64,000 nucleotides of DNA, from assembly GCA_046590575.1 (NCBI GenBank), contig JBKJUS010000107.1:9934-73933 (forward strand). The letters are read 5' to 3'. The stretch comes from Mycobacteriales bacterium (GTDB lineage Bacteria; Actinomycetota; Actinomycetes; BP-191). Positions within the stretch are counted from its first letter, which is position 1. Every line of letters begins with the position of its first letter. The notes beneath the pieces were generated by a model. The model ran no database searches and was not told where the DNA came from. It saw only the letters and a program-made list of their open reading frames with translations. Shown here piece by piece: positions 18,040 to 27,782 of this stretch. The translations under genes were made by a program, and so were the position numbers.

Positions 18040-18555
18040 ATGGACTTCGACGAGCTGGCCGGCCGCCTAGAGGTGATGTTAGGCGAGCTGGACAGCCTGC
18101 CGCCGGATACCCGGGACATGGTGTTCGTCTTTCTTGATGACCTCGACACGCTGCACCGTCGGGCGGTGACCGGGCTCGCGACCGGGATCGAGCCGGCCGC
18201 GTTGGACGCCATGCGCGAGCGGGACCCGGCCGTCGCGTGGCTCTGCCACGCCTACGGGCTGGGGGTCGACGAGATCGAGGCGGCGGAGGCGGCGCTCGAG
18301 TCGATCCGGCCCTACATCGAGAGCCATGGGGGCAAGGTCGAGGTGCTCGGGGCAGCCGAAGGCGTTGTGCGCCTGCGGATGTCGGGCAGCTGTGCCGGCT
18401 GCTCGGCGTCGGCCGTGACACTCAGCCAGGGCATCGAAGAGGCTCTGCGTGAGCACTTCCCGGGCTATGCCGGCATGGAGGTGGCAGAAGACACCGCACC
18501 CAGTCATCCGCCGCCGGGCCCGACGCTGCTGCAGATCCAGCCGCGACCCACGTGA
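18040..18555 (+). CDS. NifU/Nfu-like Fe-S cluster assembly domain protein (hydrogenase-associated)
   Basis: The C-terminal half, HGGKVEVLGAAEGVVRLRMSGSCAGCSASAVTLSQGIEEALREHFPG, matches the Nfu domain CxxC signature. It is adjacent to a hydrogenase maturation protease gene. Confidence 0.7.
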   Translation: MDFDELAGRLEVMLGELDSLPPDTRDMVFVFLDDLDTLHRRAVTGLATGIEPAALDAMRERDPAVAWLCHAYGLGVDEIEAAEAALESIRPYIESHGGKVEVLGAAEGVVRLRMSGSCAGCSASAVTLSQGIEEALREHFPGYAGMEVAEDTAPSHPPPGPTLLQIQPRPT

Positions 18556-18575
18556 GGGCGCTTCTGCATGTGGCG

Positions 18576-19070
18576 TCAGCTCCAGGCGACGCCGGCCTCG
18601 GTCACGAGTCTGCGGACCTCAACCGCCGCCAGCGGCACCGCACGCCGTACGACGTGGGACAGCTCCTGCCCGACGCTCTGCGCGTCGACGGGCTGGCAGC
18701 CGACCAGCCAGCGCACGGCCGGCAGCACGCCGAGACCGCGGGCCAGCATCATCGCGCGCTCCGGAGTGGCGTAGTGCATGTCGCCGAGCTGGTCGTGACG
18801 CTCGGTCAGCGTCATCGCCCCGACGTCGACCACGGTCGGTTCGATCACCATCACGGTGCCCGGCGGCCGGCCGTGGTCGACCGCATCGACGATCACCAGG
18901 GCATCCGTGGTGTCGAAGAGCGCCTGGACGAGGTGAATGCCGCCGATGCCGATCTCCATGACTCGGACTCCCTCCGGGACGCCGAGGTCGATCAGATGGT
19001 GCGCGACCGCACAGCCGAATCCGTCGTCGCTTCGCAGCACGTTGCCGACGCCGGCGACCAGGATGTTCAT
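18576..19070 (-). CDS. [NiFe]-hydrogenase maturation endopeptidase (HyaD/HybD/HupD family)
   Basis: MNILVAGVGNVLRSDDGFGCAVAHHL... matches the conserved ILVLGIGNxLxxDDGxG N-terminus. Length 164 aa. Confidence 0.85.
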   Translation of the reverse strand: MNILVAGVGNVLRSDDGFGCAVAHHLIDLGVPEGVRVMEIGIGGIHLVQALFDTTDALVIVDAVDHGRPPGTVMVIEPTVVDVGAMTLTERHDQLGDMHYATPERAMMLARGLGVLPAVRWLVGCQPVDAQSVGQELSHVVRRAVPLAAVEVRRLVTEAGVAWS

Positions 19071-19111
19071 CTGCGCAGAATAGGGATTGCGATGGCTCGG
19101 GTAGGGACGCG

Positions 19112-20350
19112 ATGACCAGCGAGGCGATGCCGCTGGACGACACGGTGACTCAGCTGCGCAGCGACCTGCTGCGCTTCCCTGCCGACCGTTACCCCGTGCA
19201 GCATGCGACCGCGCAGTTCCACCTCGGCGTGATGCTCACCAACGCCGCGCGAGTCGAGGAGGCGGACACGGCGCTGCAAGTTGCCGTCGAGCTCTTCGAC
19301 CCGGCCGTGCTCCCCGGGGAGCACGGCAAGGCGCTCAACGCGTGGGGTGCTGCGCTGCGCATGGCCGGCCGCTTCGACGAGGCAGCCGCCGCCTTTGCCT
19401 CGGCCGCGGCTGCGCTGAAGACTGCGGGGCTGACCCCCGAGCGCGGTGCCGCCCTGTTCAACCTGGGCCTGGTTTTCCGCGACCTCGGGCTCGACCACAA
19501 GGCCGCAGGGGCGTGGGCGAAGGCCCGAGACCACCTCGACCCTGAGGTCGTCCCGGCCCAGGCGGCCGCCGTCCTGCGCGAGCTGGGCGTGCTGCGGCTG
19601 CACCTGGGGGACTTCGACGGCGCGCACGACGTGCTGACGAAAGCCGTCGAGCTCGCCATGCGCGCCTCCGACGAGTTCGGCCTCGCTGCCGCGTCGAACG
19701 CGCTGGGACTAGTCGAGCTGGCCCGCGGCCGACCCGAGAATGCGGTGACCGCTTTTCGGGACGTGGTCGCGGCCCATCCGCGCTCCGTGCGACCTGACGG
19801 ATACGCGATGGGGAAGGCTAACCTCGCGCTGGCCCACGAGCAGGCAGGGGAGCCCGAGCGCGCTCGACTGGCCGCGCGGCAGGCGCTCGGCTCACCGGTC
19901 ATTCCCGACGCGGTGCGCCAGCAGGCGCTCGCCCTGCTCGGGCGGGTCGGCGACGCGCCCGGCGGGATCTTCGCGGCCCTCGACGACGAGCGGATGGACC
20001 GGTGGCCGGCGCTGGTGCGCGAGGAGCTAGTCCGCTGGGTCGATGCCGACGAGACGGAACGTGTCGCGGAGAGCGCTGCCTGGATCGAGGGCCAGCTGGT
20101 CCGCCGCGAGGCCGCGCCGGACCTCGTCGAGGCGTGGCTGAACGCGCTGCTCGAGCTCCCGCCAGAGGCGATGCGGGCCGTCATGCACAGCACGCTGACC
20201 GCACTGGCGGATCGCGAGGAGGAGCACATCGCTCGATTCCGATCGGTGGTGATGCGTACGACGGCCCGCTTCCACGTCCCGCAGATGCAACGGCTCGAGG
20301 ACAGTTTCAGCCGCATCAGCGAGGAGCTGGGCCAAGATCCATGGACCTAG
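19112..20350 (+). CDS. TPR-like helical repeat protein, hypothetical
   Basis: 412 aa, Ala/Leu-rich with repeated helix-turn patterns (ALNAWGAALRMAGRFDEAAAAF..., AALFNLGLVFRDLGLDHKAAGAW...). Confidence 0.5.
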   Translation: MTSEAMPLDDTVTQLRSDLLRFPADRYPVQHATAQFHLGVMLTNAARVEEADTALQVAVELFDPAVLPGEHGKALNAWGAALRMAGRFDEAAAAFASAAAALKTAGLTPERGAALFNLGLVFRDLGLDHKAAGAWAKARDHLDPEVVPAQAAAVLRELGVLRLHLGDFDGAHDVLTKAVELAMRASDEFGLAAASNALGLVELARGRPENAVTAFRDVVAAHPRSVRPDGYAMGKANLALAHEQAGEPERARLAARQALGSPVIPDAVRQQALALLGRVGDAPGGIFAALDDERMDRWPALVREELVRWVDADETERVAESAAWIEGQLVRREAAPDLVEAWLNALLELPPEAMRAVMHSTLTALADREEEHIARFRSVVMRTTARFHVPQMQRLEDSFSRISEELGQDPWT

Positions 20351-20354
20351 CCCC

Positions 20355-21209
20355 GTGGACCTAGACGAGGATCTGAGCAGTGACGTGCTCGAGCGCGCGA
20401 TGCCGGGTCGAGCGCTCCGCTGCTATCCAGCGATGCTCTCGACGGAGTCCGACGCGCTCGGCTGGGCGAGGTCCGGGGGGCCAGCCGGTGCCGTCGTTGT
20501 TGCGGGCTACCAGGCATCACCGAGGGGGCGCGCCGGACTGACCTGGGAGGTACGTCCAGGGCTCGACCTGGGCTTCTCGCTCGTGCTTCGGCCGACGCTG
20601 ACCAGTCAACGGGAGGGCTGGGTCTACTCCACCTCCCTCCTCGGCGTCTGTGACGTGCTGGGCCAGGACCTGACGCTCAGCTGGCCGGACGAGGTCTATC
20701 AGGGAACGCGCCGGGTGGCGGCCATCGGGGCCCATGTCGAGCTCGGTCCGGACGGCGTGGCCTGGGCGGTCGTCAATGTCCTGGTGCCAGACGTCTCTCC
20801 ACCTCGCGGACGGCTGCTGGCTGAGCTCGTCGGAGCCATCGAGGCGCGGGCCCTTGCCGACCCCGACGGAACGCTCGCCGACTACAACGCCCGATGCGAC
20901 ACCATCGGCCGCGCGGTCTGCGCTCGGCTCATCCCGATGGGCTCTGCCGGGCCACAGGTGCGCGGCACGGCAGTGACCACACTGGCGGACGGGGCGCTGG
21001 TCATCCTCACCGCGAAGGGCAACCGGGTCGCCGTACCGCCGCACAACCTCGGGCTCCTCGACGACCTGTCGGAGGCCGGGTTGGCTGCCTCGGCACTAGA
21101 CCTGAGATTCGAGCGGCTGCAGCCGGTCGATCTCCTCGATGAGCGCCCACCACAGGCCCCAGTCGACGTGGTCCATCCCCTCGCCGGTGAGCCCCTCGGC
21201 GATCTGTAG
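20355..21209 (+). CDS. biotin/lipoate protein ligase (BPL/LplA/BirA catalytic-domain) family protein
   Basis: QASPRGRAGLTWEVRPG is like the BirA GRGRRGRxW motif, and LTLSWPDEVYQG...AIGAHVELG resembles KWPNDL...GIGIN. The 3' end overlaps the convergent gene 21096..21791 by 114 nt, so one of the two ends is uncertain. Confidence 0.55.
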   Translation: MDLDEDLSSDVLERAMPGRALRCYPAMLSTESDALGWARSGGPAGAVVVAGYQASPRGRAGLTWEVRPGLDLGFSLVLRPTLTSQREGWVYSTSLLGVCDVLGQDLTLSWPDEVYQGTRRVAAIGAHVELGPDGVAWAVVNVLVPDVSPPRGRLLAELVGAIEARALADPDGTLADYNARCDTIGRAVCARLIPMGSAGPQVRGTAVTTLADGALVILTAKGNRVAVPPHNLGLLDDLSEAGLAASALDLRFERLQPVDLLDERPPQAPVDVVHPLAGEPLGDL

Positions 21210-21791
21210 GCGCAGCCGGTCGCGGAGGGCGAACGTCGTACCCCAGCGCCCGTCATCGTCGAGAGTGCGCAGCTCGTCGAGCAGCGCACGGAGGGTGACG
21301 ACCGCTGGGACCTCCTCGAGGCGGTCCCCCTCGACCAGCCCACGAAGCACAGTGGCGAGGCTCAGCAGGGGAGTGCGGCGCACCTCGGCCCGAACCAGCT
21401 CCAGCACCTCCGGCAGGGCGGCCTGGGCCAGCGGGGACAGCCGTTCGGCCAGCCGGCCGTTGACGCGGTCGTCGGCTGGCTCGACCTCGATCGCCACCGT
21501 GCGCTCCGGCAGCCGACCCAGGCCCGCGCAGACCTCGACGAGCAGGTCGATGGTGACGTAGCCGGTGCCGGCGTCGTTCATCGCGAGCTGCACCTCGGCG
21601 GGTGACAGGTGCAGATCGCGCACCCGGCGCCGGGTGACCGTCCCGGGCGGTAGCCCACGCGGAATGGCTCCGACCAGGATCAAGCCCTCCGGACACAGCT
21701 CCTCGAGGCGCTGTGCTACGGCAAGCGCGCCGTAGTGCAGCTCCTCGACCAGAGCGAGCGGCCCGAGGTCCTCGCCGGCGAGCATCTCCAC
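21096..21791 (-). CDS. hydrogenase-associated protein with hydrogenase-maturation-protease-like C-terminal-half motif
   Basis: It lies immediately downstream of the hydrogenase large subunit in the same operon. The segment LLVEVCAGLGRLPERTVAIEVEPADDRVNGRLAERLSPLAQAALPEV resembles the conserved C-terminal half of HybD/HupD endopeptidases (LGRLPERIVLFGIQP...LSPPV). The N-terminal half is atypical. Confidence 0.5.
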   Translation of the reverse strand: MEMLAGEDLGPLALVEELHYGALAVAQRLEELCPEGLILVGAIPRGLPPGTVTRRRVRDLHLSPAEVQLAMNDAGTGYVTIDLLVEVCAGLGRLPERTVAIEVEPADDRVNGRLAERLSPLAQAALPEVLELVRAEVRRTPLLSLATVLRGLVEGDRLEEVPAVVTLRALLDELRTLDDDGRWGTTFALRDRLRLQIAEGLTGEGMDHVDWGLWWALIEEIDRLQPLESQV

Positions 21792-21859
21792 CGCGACTCG
21801 ACCGAGGTCGAGGTCGCCCTGCAGCAGCTCGCCGACGCCGCCGACGAGGACCGACGGGC

Positions 21860-23761
21860 TCAGTCGGCGCCGCAGGAGCAGGTGTTGACCTCGCGCACGA
21901 CGGTGCCGTCACCGGTGTCGACGTGCGTCGTACACGGCATGCACGGGTCGAAGCTACGGATCGCCCGGAGCATGTCGATCGAGGTGAACTTGGACGGGTC
22001 GGAGACGTCTTCGATGATCGGCGTGTTCATCACGGCCTCCTCGTACGGACCTGGCTGGTCCCACGGGTCGCGCGGCGACGCGTTGATCGTCGAGGGTGTG
22101 CAGATCTGGTAGTTGGTGATCTTGCCCTTGTCCATAACCATGTGGTGCGTGAGCCAGCCGCGGCCGGCCCCCCACCAGCCGACGCTGATCTGCTCGTCCT
22201 TGGGGATGTGCTTGTCCAGCTCGTCCGGGGGAATCGCGGCGACCTGACGCTCGCCGGACTTGAACAGCTTGTAGGCCTCCAGCAGGCTGATCAGGCCGAC
22301 GAGCTGCGAGAACACGTAGTGGTAGGCCCGACCGCGGTTGCGCTCCAGGGCGTTCCAGTGCTCCGGGATGTGCCACTCGACCTCGAGCTCCGGCGTCAGA
22401 CCCTTGGGGATGAACATCCGCAGGCTGTGGCCGGTGGACTCGATGTAGTCGTTCTGCGGGATCTTCTGCGCCATGGCGGTCATGAACAGCCGGGCGTAGC
22501 AGCCGGCCTCCACCACCTCGCGGTCCCATCGCGGCGCGCAGGACCAGGTGTACTTGTCCTTCCAGGACCGCTCACCCGGCTTGGGGATCGTCACCTTGTT
22601 CCAGGGGTGGTACGGGCTGATCGGGTTGCCGAGCGGGTCGGTGGGGTAGCGGTCGCCCTTCCACTGCTCGTAGTAGGAGTGCTCGATGAACTCCTCCCAC
22701 CCGATGTTGATGTCAGTCAGGCGCGTGGTGCGCAGCTTGCCGTCGATGATGACGCCGGGAGTGGAGAAGCGCTTCTCACCCCACTCGTTGCAGTTCTCAT
22801 ACGTCGCGTCGTAGGCGTAGGGGTCGTCCCAGAAGCCCGGGTCGATGAGGTTGACCTTGCGGGCACCGACCTGGGTGTAGCGCTCGTCGCACTCGTAGAA
22901 GAAGTCCGGGATGTCGTTCCACACCGCGAGCATCCGCTGGGCGTAGTCGAAGAGCCGACCCAGCTTGGCCTGGTACTCGTTCAGGGTCTGCAGCGTGACG
23001 GTGGACGAAACGCCGCCGGGCACCACGGTCTGCGGGTGCGGGTACTTGCCGGCGAGAATCACGAACATCTCACGGGAGAAACGGGTGAACTCCAGGCCCT
23101 CGCGGTAGAGCGACCCGGTGAGCGGGTTGAGGGCGACCATCAGGTCGGCCATGGTCTTGAAGCCGTGCTGACGCACCCCCGGGCAGAGCCACTTCTCGGC
23201 CTTTGGCCAGAGCTCGGGGTTGACCGCCTTGATGACGGCCTCGGAGTAGTCAGGTCCGCAGAGCAGGTAGAGGTGCAGCGGGTTGTCGTAGCCCATCTCC
23301 GCGGCTTCCTGCATGTTGCGGATGACGGTGCCCAGTGGCGGCGGCTTAAGGCCCATCGCCATCTCGATGGCATAGGCCGCGGCGTGCGCGTGCACTCCGC
23401 CGCACACCCCGCACGCGCGGGATGATACGAAGATCGCGTCCCGCGGGTCACGGCCCATGAGGATGATCTCGTAGCCGCGGAAGAGCGTGGCCTGCGAGTG
23501 CGCGTCCAGATAGCGCTTGTTCTTCATGTCCGCGGTGACGTGGATGGCCAGCGCGCCGGCGACCCGGGTGACCGGGTCCATGTTGAGGTCCTTGATGTGG
23601 CCGTTGCGGGCCATCAGCTTCTGGATCTGCGCCTCGCGGTCGGCATCGGTCATGTCGACGGAAGGCTTGGCGATCTCTACGTCGTACGGATTGGGAATGC
23701 CTCCGCGCAAGGACGCCGAGCCGCTGGAGTCGAAGTCAACGAGCAGGTTCTTGAAGCACAT
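21860..23761 (-). CDS. [NiFe]-hydrogenase large subunit (Cys-type; no Tat partner; actinobacterial uptake type, group 1h/2a-like)
   Basis: The L1 motif is RACGVCGGVHAHAA. The C-terminal motif DPCMPCTTH is followed by a cleavable extension. Length 633 aa. The RBS gaaggagc is 9 nt upstream of the ATG. Confidence 0.9.
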   Translation of the reverse strand: MCFKNLLVDFDSSGSASLRGGIPNPYDVEIAKPSVDMTDADREAQIQKLMARNGHIKDLNMDPVTRVAGALAIHVTADMKNKRYLDAHSQATLFRGYEIILMGRDPRDAIFVSSRACGVCGGVHAHAAAYAIEMAMGLKPPPLGTVIRNMQEAAEMGYDNPLHLYLLCGPDYSEAVIKAVNPELWPKAEKWLCPGVRQHGFKTMADLMVALNPLTGSLYREGLEFTRFSREMFVILAGKYPHPQTVVPGGVSSTVTLQTLNEYQAKLGRLFDYAQRMLAVWNDIPDFFYECDERYTQVGARKVNLIDPGFWDDPYAYDATYENCNEWGEKRFSTPGVIIDGKLRTTRLTDINIGWEEFIEHSYYEQWKGDRYPTDPLGNPISPYHPWNKVTIPKPGERSWKDKYTWSCAPRWDREVVEAGCYARLFMTAMAQKIPQNDYIESTGHSLRMFIPKGLTPELEVEWHIPEHWNALERNRGRAYHYVFSQLVGLISLLEAYKLFKSGERQVAAIPPDELDKHIPKDEQISVGWWGAGRGWLTHHMVMDKGKITNYQICTPSTINASPRDPWDQPGPYEEAVMNTPIIEDVSDPSKFTSIDMLRAIRSFDPCMPCTTHVDTGDGTVVREVNTCSCGAD

Positions 23762-23789
23762 GGGCTAAGGGCTCCTTCGTGCGCTGGGA

Positions 23790-25154
23790 TCAGCGCTTAC
23801 CGGACGTCTTGGCTTGCTCGCTACGGATCTCCTTCGCCGACTTCACGCCGGCCTTGCCCCACTCGTTGCCGCGCTTCTTGCTGGTGTCGGTGCTGCGACG
23901 GAGTACGTCGTAGAACTTGTGCGTGATGTCGTTGAACTTGTTGTCTTCCACGGTCTCTCGAGACCAGCCACTGGAGGTCTCTCCGAGCTCATCCCAGCGC
24001 CGCTCGCGGTTGAGGTTGTTGTTGCTGAACTTGCGCAGGGGCCGAACGATGCCGCCCATCATCCGGGCCATCGTCGAGGAGACAAGCGAGCCGGGAGCAC
24101 TCTTGTAGAACGGCGTGAACTTGTCCGGGAAGCCGGGCATCGTGCAGCCGATGCAGGCAGCGCCGGCGTTCATGCAGCCGCCGACGTGGTTGATCGCGCC
24201 GCGAGAGGCGATGTTGCAGTTGACGACCGGCCCCCAGCACCCGATCTCGACGAGGCACTCTGGGTCGCCGAACTCCTTGGCGAAGGAGCCTTCCTCGTAG
24301 TACGCGCCGCGGACGCAGTGCCGGTGCACGGTCTCGCCGAACAGCCAGGCCGGCCGGCCGAGTGCGTCGAACTCCGGCAGCGGACCGAAGCCCTGCAGGA
24401 AGTAGCAGATCGCGGCGATCGTCTCGGTGATGTTGTCGCCGACCGGAGAGCAGCCGGGGATGTTGACCACCGGGACGCCGAACGAGCTGCGGTAGTCCTT
24501 GCCGAGGAAGTCCATGAGTCCCATGGACCCGGTCATGTTGCCCTCGGCGGCGGGGATGCCACCCCAGGTGGCGCACGTGCCGACCGCGATCGCGGCGGCT
24601 GCACCCGGGGCTAGGCGGGCGATCCACTCGCAGGTCGACACCTGGCGCAGTTCGCCATTGTGTCCCCACGGCTCTTCGCCTTGGCCGGAGAAGTAACCGC
24701 CGGGCGTGACATCCATCGCGAGCGTCTCGTCAGAGGCAGAGCCCTCGAGGATGATGACGTAGGGCGCGTTGAGCGTGCCCTTGATCGCGTCCTCGTGCGC
24801 TCGGAGGTAGTGCGCTCCGGACTCGATGTTGAGCACCGGGTGGTGGAGGATCACCCGGGGCAGCCCGGGGTGCGCGCCGAGCAGCAGGCCCTCGACCGAC
24901 GGGGAGGTGGCGCCGGTGGCGGCCACCGAGCAGCCGTCGCAGCTCATGCCGGCGAACCAGAACGCGTGCACAGCCTCAAGCGGGCCCAGCCGGCTACGCG
25001 GGCTCGCCTTCGCGATCGGCTCGAGGTAGGCCTCCATGGTGACCCGCGCGGGCATCCCGAAGTCGCCGAGCTCCTCGAAGTCGTGCCACTGGTCGACCGG
25101 ACCGAGCCGGTCGAGTAGCTCCTCGGCCGGCGTGCGACGGACCGTCACTGCCAT
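23790..25154 (-). CDS. [NiFe]-hydrogenase small subunit without twin-arginine signal, long C-terminal tail
   Basis: FWFAGMSCDGCSVA (CxxC), IPGCSP, and distal Fe-S Cys clusters CLVEIGCWGPVVNC...GGCMNAGAACIGC. There is no RRxFxK motif. Length 454 aa. Confidence 0.9.
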   Translation of the reverse strand: MAVTVRRTPAEELLDRLGPVDQWHDFEELGDFGMPARVTMEAYLEPIAKASPRSRLGPLEAVHAFWFAGMSCDGCSVAATGATSPSVEGLLLGAHPGLPRVILHHPVLNIESGAHYLRAHEDAIKGTLNAPYVIILEGSASDETLAMDVTPGGYFSGQGEEPWGHNGELRQVSTCEWIARLAPGAAAAIAVGTCATWGGIPAAEGNMTGSMGLMDFLGKDYRSSFGVPVVNIPGCSPVGDNITETIAAICYFLQGFGPLPEFDALGRPAWLFGETVHRHCVRGAYYEEGSFAKEFGDPECLVEIGCWGPVVNCNIASRGAINHVGGCMNAGAACIGCTMPGFPDKFTPFYKSAPGSLVSSTMARMMGGIVRPLRKFSNNNLNRERRWDELGETSSGWSRETVEDNKFNDITHKFYDVLRRSTDTSKKRGNEWGKAGVKSAKEIRSEQAKTSGKR

Positions 25155-25309
25155 GGGCGGAACCCCTTACGTATGTGACCGCTGCACCTACTGGCGAGGA
25201 CCTTACAACGCGCGGCTCGCATTGTGAACGTAGGTGGACTATCCGTTTCGACCGAACATGAGCGACACTGAGTGCCGGACACATCCACTGACCTCGGACG
25301 GAGTTTTGC

Positions 25310-25582
25310 ATGTGCCTCGGCATCCCCGGTGAGATCGTCGAGCTCGGGCCGGCAGACGAGCTCGCCATGGTCAATGTGGGTGGCGTGCGCCGGCAGGTGA
25401 ACGTTGGACTGCTGACGGGTGAGGACGCCGTCGGCGTCGGCGACTGGGTGCTGATCCACGTCGGCTTCGCGATGAGCAAGATCGACGAGGCCGAGGCCGC
25501 GTCGACATTGGAGTTCCTCCACAGCCTTGGGGCGACCTTCGACGAAGAGCTGGCCGCCCTGATTGAGAGCCAGATCGAATGA
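25310..25582 (+). CDS. hypC: hydrogenase maturation factor HypC/HupF
   Basis: Begins MCLGIPGEIVEL, the invariant MC(L/I)(G/A)(I/V)P start. Length 90 aa. Confidence 0.9.
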   Translation: MCLGIPGEIVELGPADELAMVNVGGVRRQVNVGLLTGEDAVGVGDWVLIHVGFAMSKIDEAEAASTLEFLHSLGATFDEELAALIESQIE

Positions 25583-26712
25583 AGTACGTCGACGACTTCA
25601 GGGACACCGGGACCGCGCGGGTGCTGCAAGCCCAGATCGCCAAGCTGGTTGATCCCGTCCGTCACTACAAAGTCATGGAGGTGTGCGGAGGACACACGCA
25701 CACCATCTACAAGCACGGCCTCGAAGATTTCCTGCCCGACAACGTCGAGCTGGTTCATGGCCCGGGCTGCCCGGTGTGCGTCATCCCGATGGGTCGGGTC
25801 GATGACGCCATCGCTCTCGCGCTGCGACCTGAGGTCACCCTCTGCTGCTTCGGCGACATGATCCGGGTGCCCGGCGGTGACGGCAGCCTGCTCGACGCCA
25901 AGGCGAGGGGGGCCGACGTACGCGTCGTGTACTCACCGCTTGACGCGCTGCGTATCGCCCGGTCCGAGCCGGACCGGCAGGTCGTCTTCCTCGCCATCGG
26001 GTTCGAGACCACGGCCCCGTCCACCGCGATGACTCTGCTGCGGGCCAGAGCGGAGGGCATCGGCAACTTCTCAGTGTTCTGCAACCACGTGACGATCGTT
26101 CCGCCGCTCAGAGCGATCCTCGAGTCGCCGGACCTGCGCCTGGACGGCTTTCTCGGCCCGGGCCACGTCGCCGTCGTCGTCGGCTGTCGGCCACTGGAGT
26201 TCGTGGCCACCGAGTGGCACAAGCCGATCGTCGTCACGGGTTTCGAGCCGTTGGACATCCTGCAGGCCGTGTACCTGGTCCTCAAGCAGGTGGCTGAAGG
26301 GCGTGCCGAGCTGGAGAACCAGTATTCGCGCGTGGTGCCCTACGCCGGCAACCCCCGGGCGCTGCAGGTGATGTCCGAGGTGTTCGAGCTGCGCCCGCAC
26401 TTCGAGTGGCGGGGGTTGGGCTTCATTGCGCGGTCGGCGCTGGCGCTGTCCGAGGTGTGGGCGGACTTCGACGCGGAGCAGCGCTTCGGCGTGCCCGGTG
26501 TGCGGGTGGCCGATCCGAAGGCCTGCCAGTGCGGCGAGGTGCTCAAGGGCGTCCTGAAGCCCTGGGAGTGCAAGGTGTTCGGCACGGCGTGCACTCCGGA
26601 GACGCCGATCGGCACCTGCATGGTGTCCTCCGAGGGAGCGTGCGCGGCGTACTACAACTTCGGCCGCTTCGCCCGCGAACGGATGCCCGTGCACGTCGAG
26701 ATCGGGCGATGA
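25579..26712 (+). CDS. hypD: hydrogenase maturation factor HypD
   Basis: Contains CGGHTH, GPGCPVC and IGFETTAP motifs. Length 377 aa. The start overlaps the hypC stop. Confidence 0.9.
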   Translation: MKYVDDFRDTGTARVLQAQIAKLVDPVRHYKVMEVCGGHTHTIYKHGLEDFLPDNVELVHGPGCPVCVIPMGRVDDAIALALRPEVTLCCFGDMIRVPGGDGSLLDAKARGADVRVVYSPLDALRIARSEPDRQVVFLAIGFETTAPSTAMTLLRARAEGIGNFSVFCNHVTIVPPLRAILESPDLRLDGFLGPGHVAVVVGCRPLEFVATEWHKPIVVTGFEPLDILQAVYLVLKQVAEGRAELENQYSRVVPYAGNPRALQVMSEVFELRPHFEWRGLGFIARSALALSEVWADFDAEQRFGVPGVRVADPKACQCGEVLKGVLKPWECKVFGTACTPETPIGTCMVSSEGACAAYYNFGRFARERMPVHVEIGR

Positions 26713-27782
26713 GCCGGACCGAGTCCGAGGTGCAGGCCGGCATCGAGCGCGCTCGTCGGGCGCGGCCCCGATTGCGTGACGAGCGCATCACGATGGCGCA
26801 CGGCGCGGGAGGCAAGGCCAGCGCGACGCTGATCGAGGCCCTCTTCCTGCCGGCGTTGCACAATCCTTCGCTCGCCATGCTGTCCGATGCTGGGCTGGTC
26901 GATGTGCCGGGCGGCACGCTGGCGATGTCGACCGACGCGTACGTCGTACGCCCGCTGCGTTTCCCAGGTGGCTCCATCGGCGAGCTCGCCGTCAATGGCA
27001 CGATCAACGACTTGGCTGTCTCTGGAGCCCGAGCACTCGCACTCTCGCTGGCCTTCGTGCTCGAAGAGGGCTTGGACATGGAGGTGCTCAGGGCAGAGGT
27101 GGCTGCCGTTGCTAGCGCCGCAGCAGCCGCGGGCGTGCCGGTTATCACCGGGGACACCAAGGTGGTCGAGCGCGGAAAGGCCGATGGGATGTACGTCGTC
27201 ACCACGGGTGTCGGCGTAGTCGAGCTCGCCGGCCTCGGTGCCACGGCGATGCGCCCGGGTGACAAGGTCCTCCTCTCCGGGGCGGTCGGTGACCACGGGA
27301 TCGCCATCCTGCTGGCCCGCGGTGACCTCGGTCTCGAGGCCGACGTCGAGTCCGACACGAAGCCACTGTGGTCGGCGGTGAAGACGCTGGGGGAGGCGGC
27401 TGGCTCGGGGTTGCGAGTCATGCGCGACGCGACCCGGGGCGGGGTTGCGACAGTCCTCAACGAGCTGGCCCAGGCGGCTGACCTCGGCGTCGTGGTCGAC
27501 GAAGGTGCCGTGCCCGTGCACACCGCCGTACGTGGGGCGTGCGAGCTGCTCGGCCTTGATCCACTCTACGTCGCCAACGAGGGCTTGTTGGTGGCTGTCG
27601 TCGCGCCCGGGGTCGCCGATGAGGCTCTGGCGGCACTGCAGGCGATGCCCCGCGGAGGGGAGGCAGCTGTGGTCGGAGAGATCGCCGCTGAGCCGCCTGG
27701 GATGGTGCTGGTCCGCACTGAGGTTGGTGGGCACCGAATCATGGACATGCTGATCGGCGACCCGCTGCCCCGGATCTGCTGA
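26709..27782 (+). CDS. hypE: hydrogenase maturation factor HypE (carbamoyl dehydratase)
   Basis: AIR-synthase-like fold ending in PRIC. The ATG overlaps the hypD stop (ATGA). The track ORF 26406..27782 has a spurious N-terminal extension. Confidence 0.9.
   Translation: MSRTESEVQAGIERARRARPRLRDERITMAHGAGGKASATLIEALFLPALHNPSLAMLSDAGLVDVPGGTLAMSTDAYVVRPLRFPGGSIGELAVNGTINDLAVSGARALALSLAFVLEEGLDMEVLRAEVAAVASAAAAAGVPVITGDTKVVERGKADGMYVVTTGVGVVELAGLGATAMRPGDKVLLSGAVGDHGIAILLARGDLGLEADVESDTKPLWSAVKTLGEAAGSGLRVMRDATRGGVATVLNELAQAADLGVVVDEGAVPVHTAVRGACELLGLDPLYVANEGLLVAVVAPGVADEALAALQAMPRGGEAAVVGEIAAEPPGMVLVRTEVGGHRIMDMLIGDPLPRIC

Noticed and set aside
21860-23761. Possibility that the hydrogenase large subunit is a [NiFeSe] selenoprotein
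   Set aside because: The C-terminal motif reads DPCMPC with Cys codons, and there is no in-frame TGA.
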